IMG/VR virus record: IMGVR_UViG_3300025872_000053
Span: 1-64,000 of that record
Length of the DNA stretch: 64,000 nt
Source of the DNA: a virus
Reading direction: 5' to 3' (one strand)
Positions within the stretch are counted from its first letter, which is position 1; each line of letters starts with the position of its first letter. The position numbers and the translations under genes are program-made. Positions 9,273 through 18,366 of this stretch are shown one piece after another. The notes under the pieces are model-generated. The model was not told where the DNA came from. It did no database searches and saw only the letters and a program-made list of their open reading frames with translations.

Positions 9273-9949
9273 AACTAATTGGTTTTAATTGGTTTGTGTA
9301 AATAAATGAGCCCCACAAGCAGGAATCGAACCTGCACAACATTCATATATGTCAGTAGAAAAACATATATAACGTAAGAACCCCTAAATTCTACTATTTA
9401 GTGTTCCCTTAATAGAACTGTCGCTCTATTACTGATCCAATCTGTGGGAAATAAGTTTAATGAAAATACAACCCACTGTTGCCTAGATTGTATTCTCTAT
9501 GTGTTCCATGTGCAACAGAAATCCCTCTGCACTCAGAATGTAATAAGTTCTCATAGTGTAAAGAATCATCAATGCTTACTGCATGAGAGGATTATACATA
9601 CCTTATTACAATCTGTCAGCCCTTGGGAAGCTGAAATGGTGCATTAAAAAGCCCAACATAGAAATGTCAGGCGTTATCGGTTGCAATATTTTTGTGCAGC
9701 TGGAGGGACTCGAACCCTCATTTCCTTTGTTAATAACCATGTAAACATGGCATCTCTCCCTTATCTTTTACATTTCCATAATGTAGAGAGCCAACTGCAT
9801 ATTAAAGCTATATCTATTGTCTGTATAATGTGTTATTGATGATGTCTGAATATAGTAGTAATAGGCATGAGATGATGACACACCCTCCTATTTACATCCA
9901 TAATTCACCCACCCAATTCAACATAATCTGTTGATTCCCACCCTTATAT

Positions 9950-9990
9950 ATAACAAAAGAACTCCCCACGCTGTTGTGAGGAGTTCAATT
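9950..9990 (-). terminator. Rho-independent terminator after gene 9994..10398
   Basis: Minus strand reads aactcc-tcacaacagcgtgg-ggagtt followed by cttttgtt. Confidence 0.55.
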
Positions 9991-9993
9991 GAA

Positions 9994-10398
9994 TTAGATG
10001 GCAACAGAAAGCAAGCTGTTGATAGCAGATTCTGTCAAGCCTGCACTCTTTGCTTGTGCACTAACTGCTTGCTTAATCTCTATGTCAAGAGTTGCTGTGT
10101 CTACGTGAGCAGATGTTAGAGCTTCTTTGTTTGGGAAGATGCTCAATGCTTGTAGTCTGTCGTTAAGAACTGGTGTTCCGTCTGCATTAACCATTGGTTG
10201 ACCATTTGCGTCAAGTTGACCAATCTGTCTAACTGCACCAATAGCATAGAATGGAAACTTTACGTCTTCCTGCTTTGTCCAACCAAGACCATTCATTTGG
10301 CTCTTGTGGATGAAAAGTCTTTCTCCTAATGCTGTGTAACCTGTGAAGTTACCTTTTCCTGTTGAGAAGTTACCGCTGTGGATTGCAAAATTCTTCAT
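9994..10398 (-). CDS. hypothetical protein (134 aa), first gene of minus-strand block, monocistronic
   Basis: Flanked by divergent control region upstream and intrinsic terminator downstream. Confidence 0.55.
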   Translation of the reverse strand: MKNFAIHSGNFSTGKGNFTGYTALGERLFIHKSQMNGLGWTKQEDVKFPFYAIGAVRQIGQLDANGQPMVNADGTPVLNDRLQALSIFPNKEALTSAHVDTATLDIEIKQAVSAQAKSAGLTESAINSLLSVAI

Positions 10399-10951
10399 TT
10401 GCTTTTCGATTTAAAATGTTAATAATAAAAGAGTAGGGGGACTATCCCACTCCCAATTTGTCCATAGGGTCTGCAGCTTGGAGTAGCCCTCTCTCCCTTC
10501 TATACGGTACACCCCCATATTTGGAAAAAAATTTTTGCGCAGGTCTGTAGTGTGTTCTAGAGGAACTTGGGACATCCATGAAAAATAAATTTGGTTTGTA
10601 TATCCCCTAGGGGTTAATTTTGAGGGCGGAGGGTGGGAATGTTTATTAACCTCCTTAATATAGAATAGCTATGGTATGGATCATTGGTGTTTTGTTTGTT
10701 CTTCTTCTAGCTTTGTTCATGGGCTTTAAGGGATGTTCTCAGGTGGATATTGGTTTAGAGATTAATACGTTTCAGTCTCCCTTTTATAAGATTGGAATAT
10801 TCTCTGATAGACACATGTTGGAAGATGGTAGTTTTGAGGACGAAGTGACAATTGGTTTGTTCTTTGTTAACATTGTGTTTGTGTTCTGGAAGCCTAACGA
10901 TTAATTTGAGCATAATATAGCATTAGTGTTTACAAATAACATAAATGGTTA

Positions 10952-10982
10952 TTTGCCAGTGTTTTATTTATCCCTACCTTTG
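10952..10982 (+). promoter_or_regulatory. Bacteroidetes sigma-A-type promoter candidate for virion-gene operon
   Basis: TTTG (10952..10955) - 19 nt - TAccTTTG (10975..10982), matching TTTG-N19-21-TAnnTTTG consensus; ATG of first ORF at 10995 (short leader, no SD, typical for Bacteroidetes). Confidence 0.55.
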
Positions 10983-10994
10983 TATTAATTACGT

Positions 10995-11357
10995 ATGGAA
11001 CCAACAGTTAAAAAGACAATTGTACAGAAGCTCAAGAAGGCTGAGACAGATGTGTTTCAGGCAGCACAGAGGTATTATTCCATTCTGTCTGCTGTGAACA
11101 GTCTCAATCTGACAGAGAGGGAGTTACAGTTGGTAGCTTTTACAGCTGTTAAGGGAAACATTTCTTATGGTAATATAAGAGAAGAGTTTTGTGAGAAGTA
11201 TAAGAGTTCTCCTCCTACGATTAATAATATTATTTCTAAGCTGAAGAAGGTGGGGGTGTTGGTGAAGGATGGAAGTAAGATAAAGGTTAATCCTGTAATT
11301 ACGCTTGATTTTGAGAATGATGTAGTGTTGGAAGTTAAAATTACAAGCAATGGATAA
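10995..11357 (+). CDS. hypothetical protein (120 aa)
   Basis: First ORF of plus-strand operon. Confidence 0.5.
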   Translation: MEPTVKKTIVQKLKKAETDVFQAAQRYYSILSAVNSLNLTERELQLVAFTAVKGNISYGNIREEFCEKYKSSPPTINNIISKLKKVGVLVKDGSKIKVNPVITLDFENDVVLEVKITSNG

Positions 11358-11775
11358 GCCTATAAGCATGTCTGTTAAGGACTATCTCATCAGGATGATG
11401 TCTGTGAAGATGATGCTCAGTGAGAAGACTATTGAGGCAGTTGTGAACCATCAGTTTCAGAGTGCCAATGTAGCTCTTCAAGAGAATAACAGCTTGGAAA
11501 TCAGTGGGTTTGGTAAGTTTTATTTCAACCAGAAGAAGGCGCAGAAGAGGATGGAGAAGATGTTGAGTAAGGCTGAGCTGTTTGCAAAGCAGGCAGCAGA
11601 CGAGTCACTGTCAGAGCAGAGAAGAAATTCGGCAGCAGTGAAGCTGGCAAACACACTAGCTGGTATAGAAGTTTTAAAACCAAAATTACAAACCAATGAA
11701 AATCAATCTGTTACAGATCTACGAGGGGTGGAAGAATCACTTGATCCCTGCGTCAGATATGAAGGAGCAGATTAA
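11350..11775 (+). CDS. HU/IHF-family DNA-binding protein (141 aa)
   Basis: 'LSEKTIEAVVNHQFQSANVALQENNSLEISGFGKFYF' aligns with HU '[37 protein letters not shown]' incl. GFGxF arm motif. Confidence 0.6.
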   Translation: MDKPISMSVKDYLIRMMSVKMMLSEKTIEAVVNHQFQSANVALQENNSLEISGFGKFYFNQKKAQKRMEKMLSKAELFAKQAADESLSEQRRNSAAVKLANTLAGIEVLKPKLQTNENQSVTDLRGVEESLDPCVRYEGAD

Positions 11776-11794
11776 ATCTGTTAGTGAGAGCAGG

Positions 11795-12022
11795 ATGGCT
11801 ATCTGTAAGGAGTGCCACTACTACTCAGAGAACAGGAAGAAGGATGGTAAATACACCACCTCTAGACCAGATGTACATTGTACAAATTGTGGATGTACAC
11901 TGGCTGCCAAGACTAAATGTCTGTCTTGTAACTGCCCAATGAAATATTGGAAAGCTTTGATGACAGATGATCAGTATGACGAAATAAGAAACACCCTAGG
12001 GGAAGATGATGGCGAAGGATAA
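11795..12022 (+). CDS. Cys-rich zinc-binding protein (75 aa; internal start of track ORF 11696..12022)
   Basis: MAICKECHYY...HCTNCGCTLAAKTKCLSCNCP; ATG 19 nt after upstream stop. Confidence 0.45.
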   Translation: MAICKECHYYSENRKKDGKYTTSRPDVHCTNCGCTLAAKTKCLSCNCPMKYWKALMTDDQYDEIRNTLGEDDGEG

Positions 12023-12302
12023 ACAAGTCACTATTAAGAAGATTCACTTGGACAGTCTTATAGGTATACTGGTCGACCTTTATGATAAGGGGGTGGATTA
12101 TGTTGACATTATAGGATTGAATGACAAGATTCAGGACACCATAGGTATTTCCTTCTCGAAGGAGTATATGAACACAGAGCTAAGAGAAAACTTTGACAAT
12201 ATTCCCACTACAAACAAAAAGGAAACTGACAGTAGTGATGAGAATGTTAAAGCTAAAATAAATATTAAACTGTCGGATGACGACTTAAACCAACTGTTAT
12301 GA
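12006..12302 (+). CDS. hypothetical protein (98 aa)
   Basis: ORF, overlapping coupling with neighbours. Confidence 0.45.
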   Translation: MMAKDKQVTIKKIHLDSLIGILVDLYDKGVDYVDIIGLNDKIQDTIGISFSKEYMNTELRENFDNIPTTNKKETDSSDENVKAKINIKLSDDDLNQLL

Positions 12303-12481
12303 ACCCAGTAGTAGAAGCATGGATTGTTATTGAGAAATTAGGAGCTCTTGTTGCCACACCAGGTGTGTCAGAAGAAGTGAAGATTGCAGCCAACGAACAA
12401 ATTGAGAAACTTCTAAAGGACGTTGTTGCTCCAAGTCTTTCAAAACTATCAGCTAAGGAAGCAGGGCTCTTGATTAAATAA
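12299..12481 (+). CDS. hypothetical protein (60 aa)
   Basis: ATGA coupling. Confidence 0.4.
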   Translation: MNPVVEAWIVIEKLGALVATPGVSEEVKIAANEQIEKLLKDVVAPSLSKLSAKEAGLLIK

Positions 12482-12487
12482 TGGCCT

Positions 12488-12778
12488 ATGAAAAGGAAAC
12501 CAAACTATCACAAGCAAATCATGACTCTTCTGGAGGATTTGCACAAAACCTATCCTGATTATAACATGGGTAGGCATCTTTCCACAGCGTTAGATGGTTA
12601 TGGAGAAGTGTGGGGATTGTCAGACAAAGAGTTTGTGTTCCTGCTAGAGAAGTATAAAACAAGGATGGAATTAGATATTCCTCATATAGCAGACAATGAG
12701 GAGCTTGATCAGATACTGAGAGAGGGGATGGATTTAGACAGTCTGTTTAAAGAAGAAGAAGATGGCGACAGCTATTAA
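12488..12778 (+). CDS. hypothetical protein (96 aa)
   Basis: ORF. Confidence 0.45.
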   Translation: MKRKPNYHKQIMTLLEDLHKTYPDYNMGRHLSTALDGYGEVWGLSDKEFVFLLEKYKTRMELDIPHIADNEELDQILREGMDLDSLFKEEEDGDSY

Positions 12779-13100
12779 AAAAACTACATATATTAATGCA
12801 GAGCTTGATTGGGCAGAGCAACAGCTTACGTCCTGGAAAGCTTATGTGGATGCAAATCCCTTGCATGAACTAAAAGACAGAATTGAATGGAAGCCTACAG
12901 CTAAAGGAGGAATGTTACCTATGGTGATAGCCTCTATTGAAGCACAGGGTAAGTTCATTCAGGAGACAATGAAGAACTATCTAGCTCTTCTTGAGGTGGT
13001 TGATAAGCTACGTAAAATAGAAGAAGCTAAGGTGGAAGTGAGGGGAAAGGGAGAACTTAGCTCAATGGCTGAAGATTTCCTGAAAAGTAGGAGATCATGA
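12762..13100 (+). CDS. hypothetical coiled-coil protein directly upstream of terL (possible small terminase subunit)
   Basis: Position and ATGA overlap with terminase; no motif. Confidence 0.35.
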   Translation: MATAIKKTTYINAELDWAEQQLTSWKAYVDANPLHELKDRIEWKPTAKGGMLPMVIASIEAQGKFIQETMKNYLALLEVVDKLRKIEEAKVEVRGKGELSSMAEDFLKSRRS

Positions 13101-15133
13101 GCATAATTCAAAGTGTGGATTATAAAGACTGGTTCATTAACCAGAAGCGCATTCCTGACAAAGAGAGTGAGGAGTTTAGAGACTTTTTTAACTTTCATAA
13201 GGATTTGTGCTTAAATGGATGTATGATGAATGGGGTGTATATCAACCCCTTTTTATATTGGCACTTGAACATCTGGCACACAGAAGTGGATGTCATAGAT
13301 GAGAGAGGTAGAATCAGCCAACAATATGCAAATCCACTGCTTCGTGATAATGAGTGGATAGTAACCAACGAAATAGATAAGGCTCAACAGGAGAAGAAAG
13401 GGCTAGTTATTCTAGGAATTAGACGTTTTGCTAAGTCTGTTCTTGAGGCTAGTTATATAGCATGGGGAGCTACGTTTGATGAAAACAGTCAGAATATTAT
13501 TGCTGGATTGAATGCTCCAGATATAAAACTGATTACAGATAAGATTGACAAGGGATTAAACTTCCTTCCAGAAGCTTGGAGATGGCAGAGAATTGAGGAT
13601 AATTGGAAGAACCAAGTGACTTTAGGTATTAAAACAAAGGGAGGAGAAAGGATACCGTTCTCCCAAATCCTTATACGTAACCTTGATGAGGGTAATAATG
13701 AGGAAGCTATTGCAGGTACAAAACCAAGAAAACTAATTATTGATGAGATTGGTAAAGGGAATTTTCTCAGAGGATTTCAGGCAGCTGTGCCTGGTTTCAC
13801 CACACCTTTTGGATGGGGTTGCTCTCCTATTCTTACAGGTACAGGCGGTGATATGAAGAAATTCATGGATGCAAAGAGCTTAATGTTCGATGTAGACAAC
13901 TTTAACTTTCTTACATACAATAATGAAAAAGATACAACTAGAGTACATGGACTATTCATCTCCTACAAATATAGGATGGAAGCTAAAGAAGACTCCAGCC
14001 TTGGTGCGTTTCTTGAGCAACCAACTGATAGCGATTTGCACAATATCCCTATGCTGGTTAGCAATGAGGAAAAAGCAAAACAAATAACTACAACCAACCT
14101 TGAAAGATTAAAGAAGGCTGGAGATAGGGTGGCATATCTTAAAGAAAAGATGTACTACCCATTGGAAGTTGATGATATATTCCTTAACGAGGACACTAAT
14201 ATATTTGATATTGAAGCTGCCAAGAGGCAGAAGACTAGGATTCTTCAGAATGACCGTACAGGTACTTCTGTTGTTCTGTTCTCTGATGGAGAGAAGATAG
14301 GGCATGAGTTTTCAGACAAACAGCCCATTACAAACTTCCCTCTCAAGAACAGCGATCTGAAGGATGCTCCTGTTGTAATATATGAGTTCCCTGTAGCAAA
14401 TCCTCCTTATGGATTGTATGTTGCAGGAGTTGACCCATATAGGCAAGGACAATCTGCATATAGCTCATCTTTAGGTGCTGTGTATATTTATAAAAGAATG
14501 CATGACCTAACAGGTGAGAAATATCAAGATATGTTCGTAGCTTCGTATGTAGCTAGACCTGATAAGAAGGAAACTTGGGAAGAACAAGCTAGATTGCTTA
14601 TCAAGTATTACAATGCTAGAACGCTCTGTGAAAATGATGATATCTCCTTCATAGAATATATGAAAGCAAAAGGAGACGCTCACTATCTTGAGAAACAACC
14701 TCAATGGTTGATGGAGATTGTACCAAACACCACAGTTAAACGTGAATATGGTATACATAGAAGTTCTCAAAAGATAATTGACTATCTTCACAACTGCTTG
14801 AAGAAGTATTTGGAAGAAGTTATACACACAGAGAAGGACGATAATGGAAACCTGATTAGAGAGATAACAGGCGTGAGCAAGGTGTTTGATCCTGTTCTTC
14901 TAGAGGAGATAATACAATACCATGATCAAGGAAACTTTGACCGTATTGTAGCAGCAGAACTAGCAATAGCACAGGCTCTCAAACTTGACCCAATTATGGG
15001 TAGAGTTGGAGGAAGCGGTGATGAAAGAGTGAAAGCATTATTCACAAACAGAGGTGGTGGTATAAAATTGTTTGACACAAAATCACCAGGAATGTTTGGA
15101 TCAAGTAAATACAAACGTAAACTTTTTACATAA
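13097..15133 (+). CDS. terL: terminase large subunit (678 aa)
   Basis: Deviant Walker A 'GIRRFAKS', Walker B 'KLIIDEIG', nuclease-domain 'VAGVDPY'; immediately precedes portal. Confidence 0.8.
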   Translation: MSIIQSVDYKDWFINQKRIPDKESEEFRDFFNFHKDLCLNGCMMNGVYINPFLYWHLNIWHTEVDVIDERGRISQQYANPLLRDNEWIVTNEIDKAQQEKKGLVILGIRRFAKSVLEASYIAWGATFDENSQNIIAGLNAPDIKLITDKIDKGLNFLPEAWRWQRIEDNWKNQVTLGIKTKGGERIPFSQILIRNLDEGNNEEAIAGTKPRKLIIDEIGKGNFLRGFQAAVPGFTTPFGWGCSPILTGTGGDMKKFMDAKSLMFDVDNFNFLTYNNEKDTTRVHGLFISYKYRMEAKEDSSLGAFLEQPTDSDLHNIPMLVSNEEKAKQITTTNLERLKKAGDRVAYLKEKMYYPLEVDDIFLNEDTNIFDIEAAKRQKTRILQNDRTGTSVVLFSDGEKIGHEFSDKQPITNFPLKNSDLKDAPVVIYEFPVANPPYGLYVAGVDPYRQGQSAYSSSLGAVYIYKRMHDLTGEKYQDMFVASYVARPDKKETWEEQARLLIKYYNARTLCENDDISFIEYMKAKGDAHYLEKQPQWLMEIVPNTTVKREYGIHRSSQKIIDYLHNCLKKYLEEVIHTEKDDNGNLIREITGVSKVFDPVLLEEIIQYHDQGNFDRIVAAELAIAQALKLDPIMGRVGGSGDERVKALFTNRGGGIKLFDTKSPGMFGSSKYKRKLFT

Positions 15134-17718
15134 TGGCAATAATAAGATATACGAAAGACGCTACTATCAGATACGCCTATCTGAACATTTTTCCTGATCA
15201 ATTTAAAACTGAGAAGGAGAAAAAAGATGAGAGCTGGATTAAAAACACAATGGACTATTTTGCCAACAAAGCTTATGCTGAGTATGTAAAAAATAGAGAT
15301 ACGTTTGTAAAGAACTATGACCTTGTAAAAGGTATTCTTCGTATGGAGGATTTCTATCAAGAACCTCAAGTGAGAAGCTTCACTGATATGCTCACAGCTG
15401 ACCTACAGTTACCTGCATATGTGAAACACTACTCTATCATCACCACGCCAATTAACGAGCTTGTTGGAGAGATAACAAAGCGTCCTGATGGTTTCAGGAT
15501 TAAAGCATTTGATGAAGACAGCCAGTCTGAAGAACTTGAATTTAAAACAGATATTCTTCAAAACTACGTTATCACTCAAGCTAAACAAAAGATACAAGAG
15601 AATCTTGCTCTTCAGGGACAAGAGATAGATGAAGAACAACTTCAACAGATGACTCTTGAGGAAGTGAAAGATGAACTTGATTCTTACACTTCAGCAGCAG
15701 AGAAGTGGGCTAACCACATTCTTACAGCTACAAAAGCTGAGTTCAATATCAAAGAGAAGTCTGAAGATGCCTTCAGAGACATGTTGATATCTGCTCGTGA
15801 ATACTACCACATCTATGAGGATAACTCAAAGGTGGGATATAACATTGAAGTGGCTAACCCTAAGAACACTTGGTTCTTAACAACACCAGATAGAAAATAC
15901 ATTTCTGATCCAACAGGTAGAGCACAAGGTGCTTATGCTGCTGGTACAGTGCAAGTGATGGAGCTTTCTGAAATTATTGAAAGTGTTCCTGATCTTACAA
16001 AGGAAGAAATAGACCATCTAAGAAGTTCTCTCCAAGACTACGGACTTATTAATGTTCGTGAATCCAACCTAGGTAACCCTAACGTAACACCAGGCATTGA
16101 TTCAGTGACATACGATACGTATGATCCACTAGTTCTTCAAACTCGTATGATTATCGAAAGTGAAATGAAGGAGAACAATGATGGTCTAAAAGATTTCTTA
16201 GGACTAACATCAAATGTGTCTTCATTTGGATACAAGTATGTAGTGGTGAGATGTTATTGGTTGAGTAAGAAGAAGATAGGTAAGCTTATCTACTTGGATG
16301 AATTAGGAAACGAACAGTCTACATTAGTAGATGAAAACTACAAGAGTGGAACTATTCCTACAGAACAAAGCTTAGAGTGGGGATGGATTAATCAGTGGTA
16401 TCAGGGAATTAAGGTTGGACCAGATATCTATCACATCAAACCATTCAAGCTTCTTAACTATTGTCCAATCATTGGTATTAATTATGAAGTGAAGAACACT
16501 GAGGCTAAGAGTCTTGTAGACTTGATGAAACCTTTCCAAGTGTTGTATAACGTATGTATGAACCAGCTTTACAAACTCCTTGAGAAAGAAGTGGGTAAGG
16601 TTTATCTAACATCTATTAGACACGTTCCTGTTCCAAAGGATGGTGATGCACAAGATGCTCTTGACATTTGGGAAATGGAAGCTAGAAATAGAGGTGTGGT
16701 ATTTATTGATGACTCTCCTGAGAACCTCAAGAGCCCAAGCTCATTCAATCAGTTTAGAGATATTGATCTTACACGTACGCAGGAGATTCAATCTAGATAT
16801 CAACTTGCTATGCAGTTGAAGAATGAGTGTTGGGAATTGATTGGTATGACAAGACAAAGACTTGGTTCTGTTACAGCTAGTGAGTCTGCTACAGGTACAC
16901 AAGCTGCAATTCAACAATCATATGCTCAAACAGAACCATTGTTTGTAGCACATGAATATGTTCTTGGTCAATTGTACCAAGCAATCATTGATGCTTCTTT
17001 GTATGTAGAAAGTAAGAAGCCTCAGTCAACTATTTCATATATCACTTCAGATGGAGAGTCTGCATTTGTACAAGTGAATGGTACAGATCTTAAGTTCCGT
17101 GATTTGAAAGTGTTTGCAACTAATAGACCTGAAGATAAGAAATCATTTGAAGAAATCAGAAGCTTGTCTCAAGCTGTTATTCAGAACGGTGGTTCTCTAC
17201 ATGACATCATTGAGCTTTACTCTACTGATTCATTGAGACAAATGAAGAAGGTATTCAAGCAGCTTAAGGATAGACAACAGCAGTTGGAAGATCAGAAGAT
17301 GCAACAGCAACAGCAGCAAATGGAGCAACAAGCTCAAATTGCACAAGCTCAATTGGAACAAGCACAGCTTGCTAATGAGCAGAAAATTGCAAATGACAAC
17401 TACCAGAAAGAGCTTGACAGAATCAACAAGAAAGAGATTGCTATCATTCAAGCTACAGGATTTGGTAGAGTGGAGAGTGAAGATGCTAATGCAAACGCTG
17501 TTCCTGATGTGTTAGAGGCAAGTAAGTTTGCTAGTGAGGAAGCTGCTGCAGCTAAAGACTATCAACTTAAGATGTCAGACATACAGAATAAGAACAGACT
17601 TGCTGCTGAAAAGCTACAGCTCGAAAGAGAAAAGCTACAGCTAGCTAGAGAAAACCAAGCAAACGATCTAGCTATTGCTAAGGAGAATGCTAAAGGTAGG
17701 AACAAAAAATCTAAATAA
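15133..17718 (+). CDS. portal protein (861 aa) with Gln-rich coiled-coil C-terminus
   Basis: Position directly after terL, size, start overlapping terL stop; C-terminal QQQQQQMEQQAQIAQAQ coiled coil. Confidence 0.6.
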   Translation: MAIIRYTKDATIRYAYLNIFPDQFKTEKEKKDESWIKNTMDYFANKAYAEYVKNRDTFVKNYDLVKGILRMEDFYQEPQVRSFTDMLTADLQLPAYVKHYSIITTPINELVGEITKRPDGFRIKAFDEDSQSEELEFKTDILQNYVITQAKQKIQENLALQGQEIDEEQLQQMTLEEVKDELDSYTSAAEKWANHILTATKAEFNIKEKSEDAFRDMLISAREYYHIYEDNSKVGYNIEVANPKNTWFLTTPDRKYISDPTGRAQGAYAAGTVQVMELSEIIESVPDLTKEEIDHLRSSLQDYGLINVRESNLGNPNVTPGIDSVTYDTYDPLVLQTRMIIESEMKENNDGLKDFLGLTSNVSSFGYKYVVVRCYWLSKKKIGKLIYLDELGNEQSTLVDENYKSGTIPTEQSLEWGWINQWYQGIKVGPDIYHIKPFKLLNYCPIIGINYEVKNTEAKSLVDLMKPFQVLYNVCMNQLYKLLEKEVGKVYLTSIRHVPVPKDGDAQDALDIWEMEARNRGVVFIDDSPENLKSPSSFNQFRDIDLTRTQEIQSRYQLAMQLKNECWELIGMTRQRLGSVTASESATGTQAAIQQSYAQTEPLFVAHEYVLGQLYQAIIDASLYVESKKPQSTISYITSDGESAFVQVNGTDLKFRDLKVFATNRPEDKKSFEEIRSLSQAVIQNGGSLHDIIELYSTDSLRQMKKVFKQLKDRQQQLEDQKMQQQQQQMEQQAQIAQAQLEQAQLANEQKIANDNYQKELDRINKKEIAIIQATGFGRVESEDANANAVPDVLEASKFASEEAAAAKDYQLKMSDIQNKNRLAAEKLQLEREKLQLARENQANDLAIAKENAKGRNKKSK

Positions 17719-18248
17719 TGTTTGATAAACTCATAGATCTGCTCACTTCGTGGTGGAATTACATCATACCTGCTGTAATTGTTCCTAGCTATGAACAAGC
17801 AGTTCTATTGAGGAATGGTAAGTTTAAGAAGGTACTGGAACCAGGGTTCCACGTGAAACTTCCAATATTTGATGAGGTGATAAGTCAGCACGTTGTAATT
17901 ACAACCTTGAGTTTAGCAGCCCAATCGCTCTATACAAAGGATCGTCAGAACATTGTGGTGAAAGGAGTTATCAAGTATAAGATAGCTGATGTGAAGGTTT
18001 TCCTTCTTGAGGTGTTTGATGCTCAGGATGCTTTGGCTGACATGACACAGTCTATCATTAAGAACATTGTAATATCCTTACCGTTAGAACAGTGTATTGA
18101 TCCTGAGATTGATAACATCCTCACTAAAAAGGTGAGGGTAGAAGCTAGAAAATGGGGTGTTGACATTCAACAAGTCACCCTTACAGACATAGCTCCTATA
18201 CGCAGTTTCAGGATAATAAATGACTCTATACTAAACAAACTTGATTAG
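17718..18248 (+). CDS. SPFH/band-7 (stomatin/HflKC-like) domain protein (176 aa)
   Basis: 'EQAVLLRNGKF...GFHVKLPIFDEV...YTKDRQNIVVKGVIKYKIADVKVF...ARKWGVDIQQVTLTDIAP' matches SPFH blocks (ERAVVFRLGK / PFIDxV / TKDNVxVxVDAVVYYRV / WGIxVxRVEIKDI); N-terminal hydrophobic segment. Confidence 0.7.
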   Translation: MFDKLIDLLTSWWNYIIPAVIVPSYEQAVLLRNGKFKKVLEPGFHVKLPIFDEVISQHVVITTLSLAAQSLYTKDRQNIVVKGVIKYKIADVKVFLLEVFDAQDALADMTQSIIKNIVISLPLEQCIDPEIDNILTKKVRVEARKWGVDIQQVTLTDIAPIRSFRIINDSILNKLD

Positions 18249-18366
18249 AGTAAAAAATAATAATGCTATATTATCCCGAATATTGGGTGATATAGTGTTC
18301 TATGTCTTTGTTAATAACTAATTCTAATATACTTTTACGCTGAAAACCAAATAAATAGAACTACAT

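Noticed and set aside
9300-9760. Calling two tRNA genes on the minus strand
   Set aside because: Only T-arm plus 3' acceptor halves are recognisable. Attempts to place D and anticodon arms and a 5' acceptor strand at tRNA-compatible distances failed (candidates would be 104 and ~140 nt). Kept only as a finding to be tested, not as features.
11696-11794. Possible programmed +1 frameshift joining 11350..11775 (HU-like) to 11696..12022
   Set aside because: No slippery heptamer or stimulatory structure seen. A normal ATG (11795) right after the upstream stop gives a sensible Cys-rich protein; the overlap in the ORF track is just an upstream in-frame Met in the non-coding frame.
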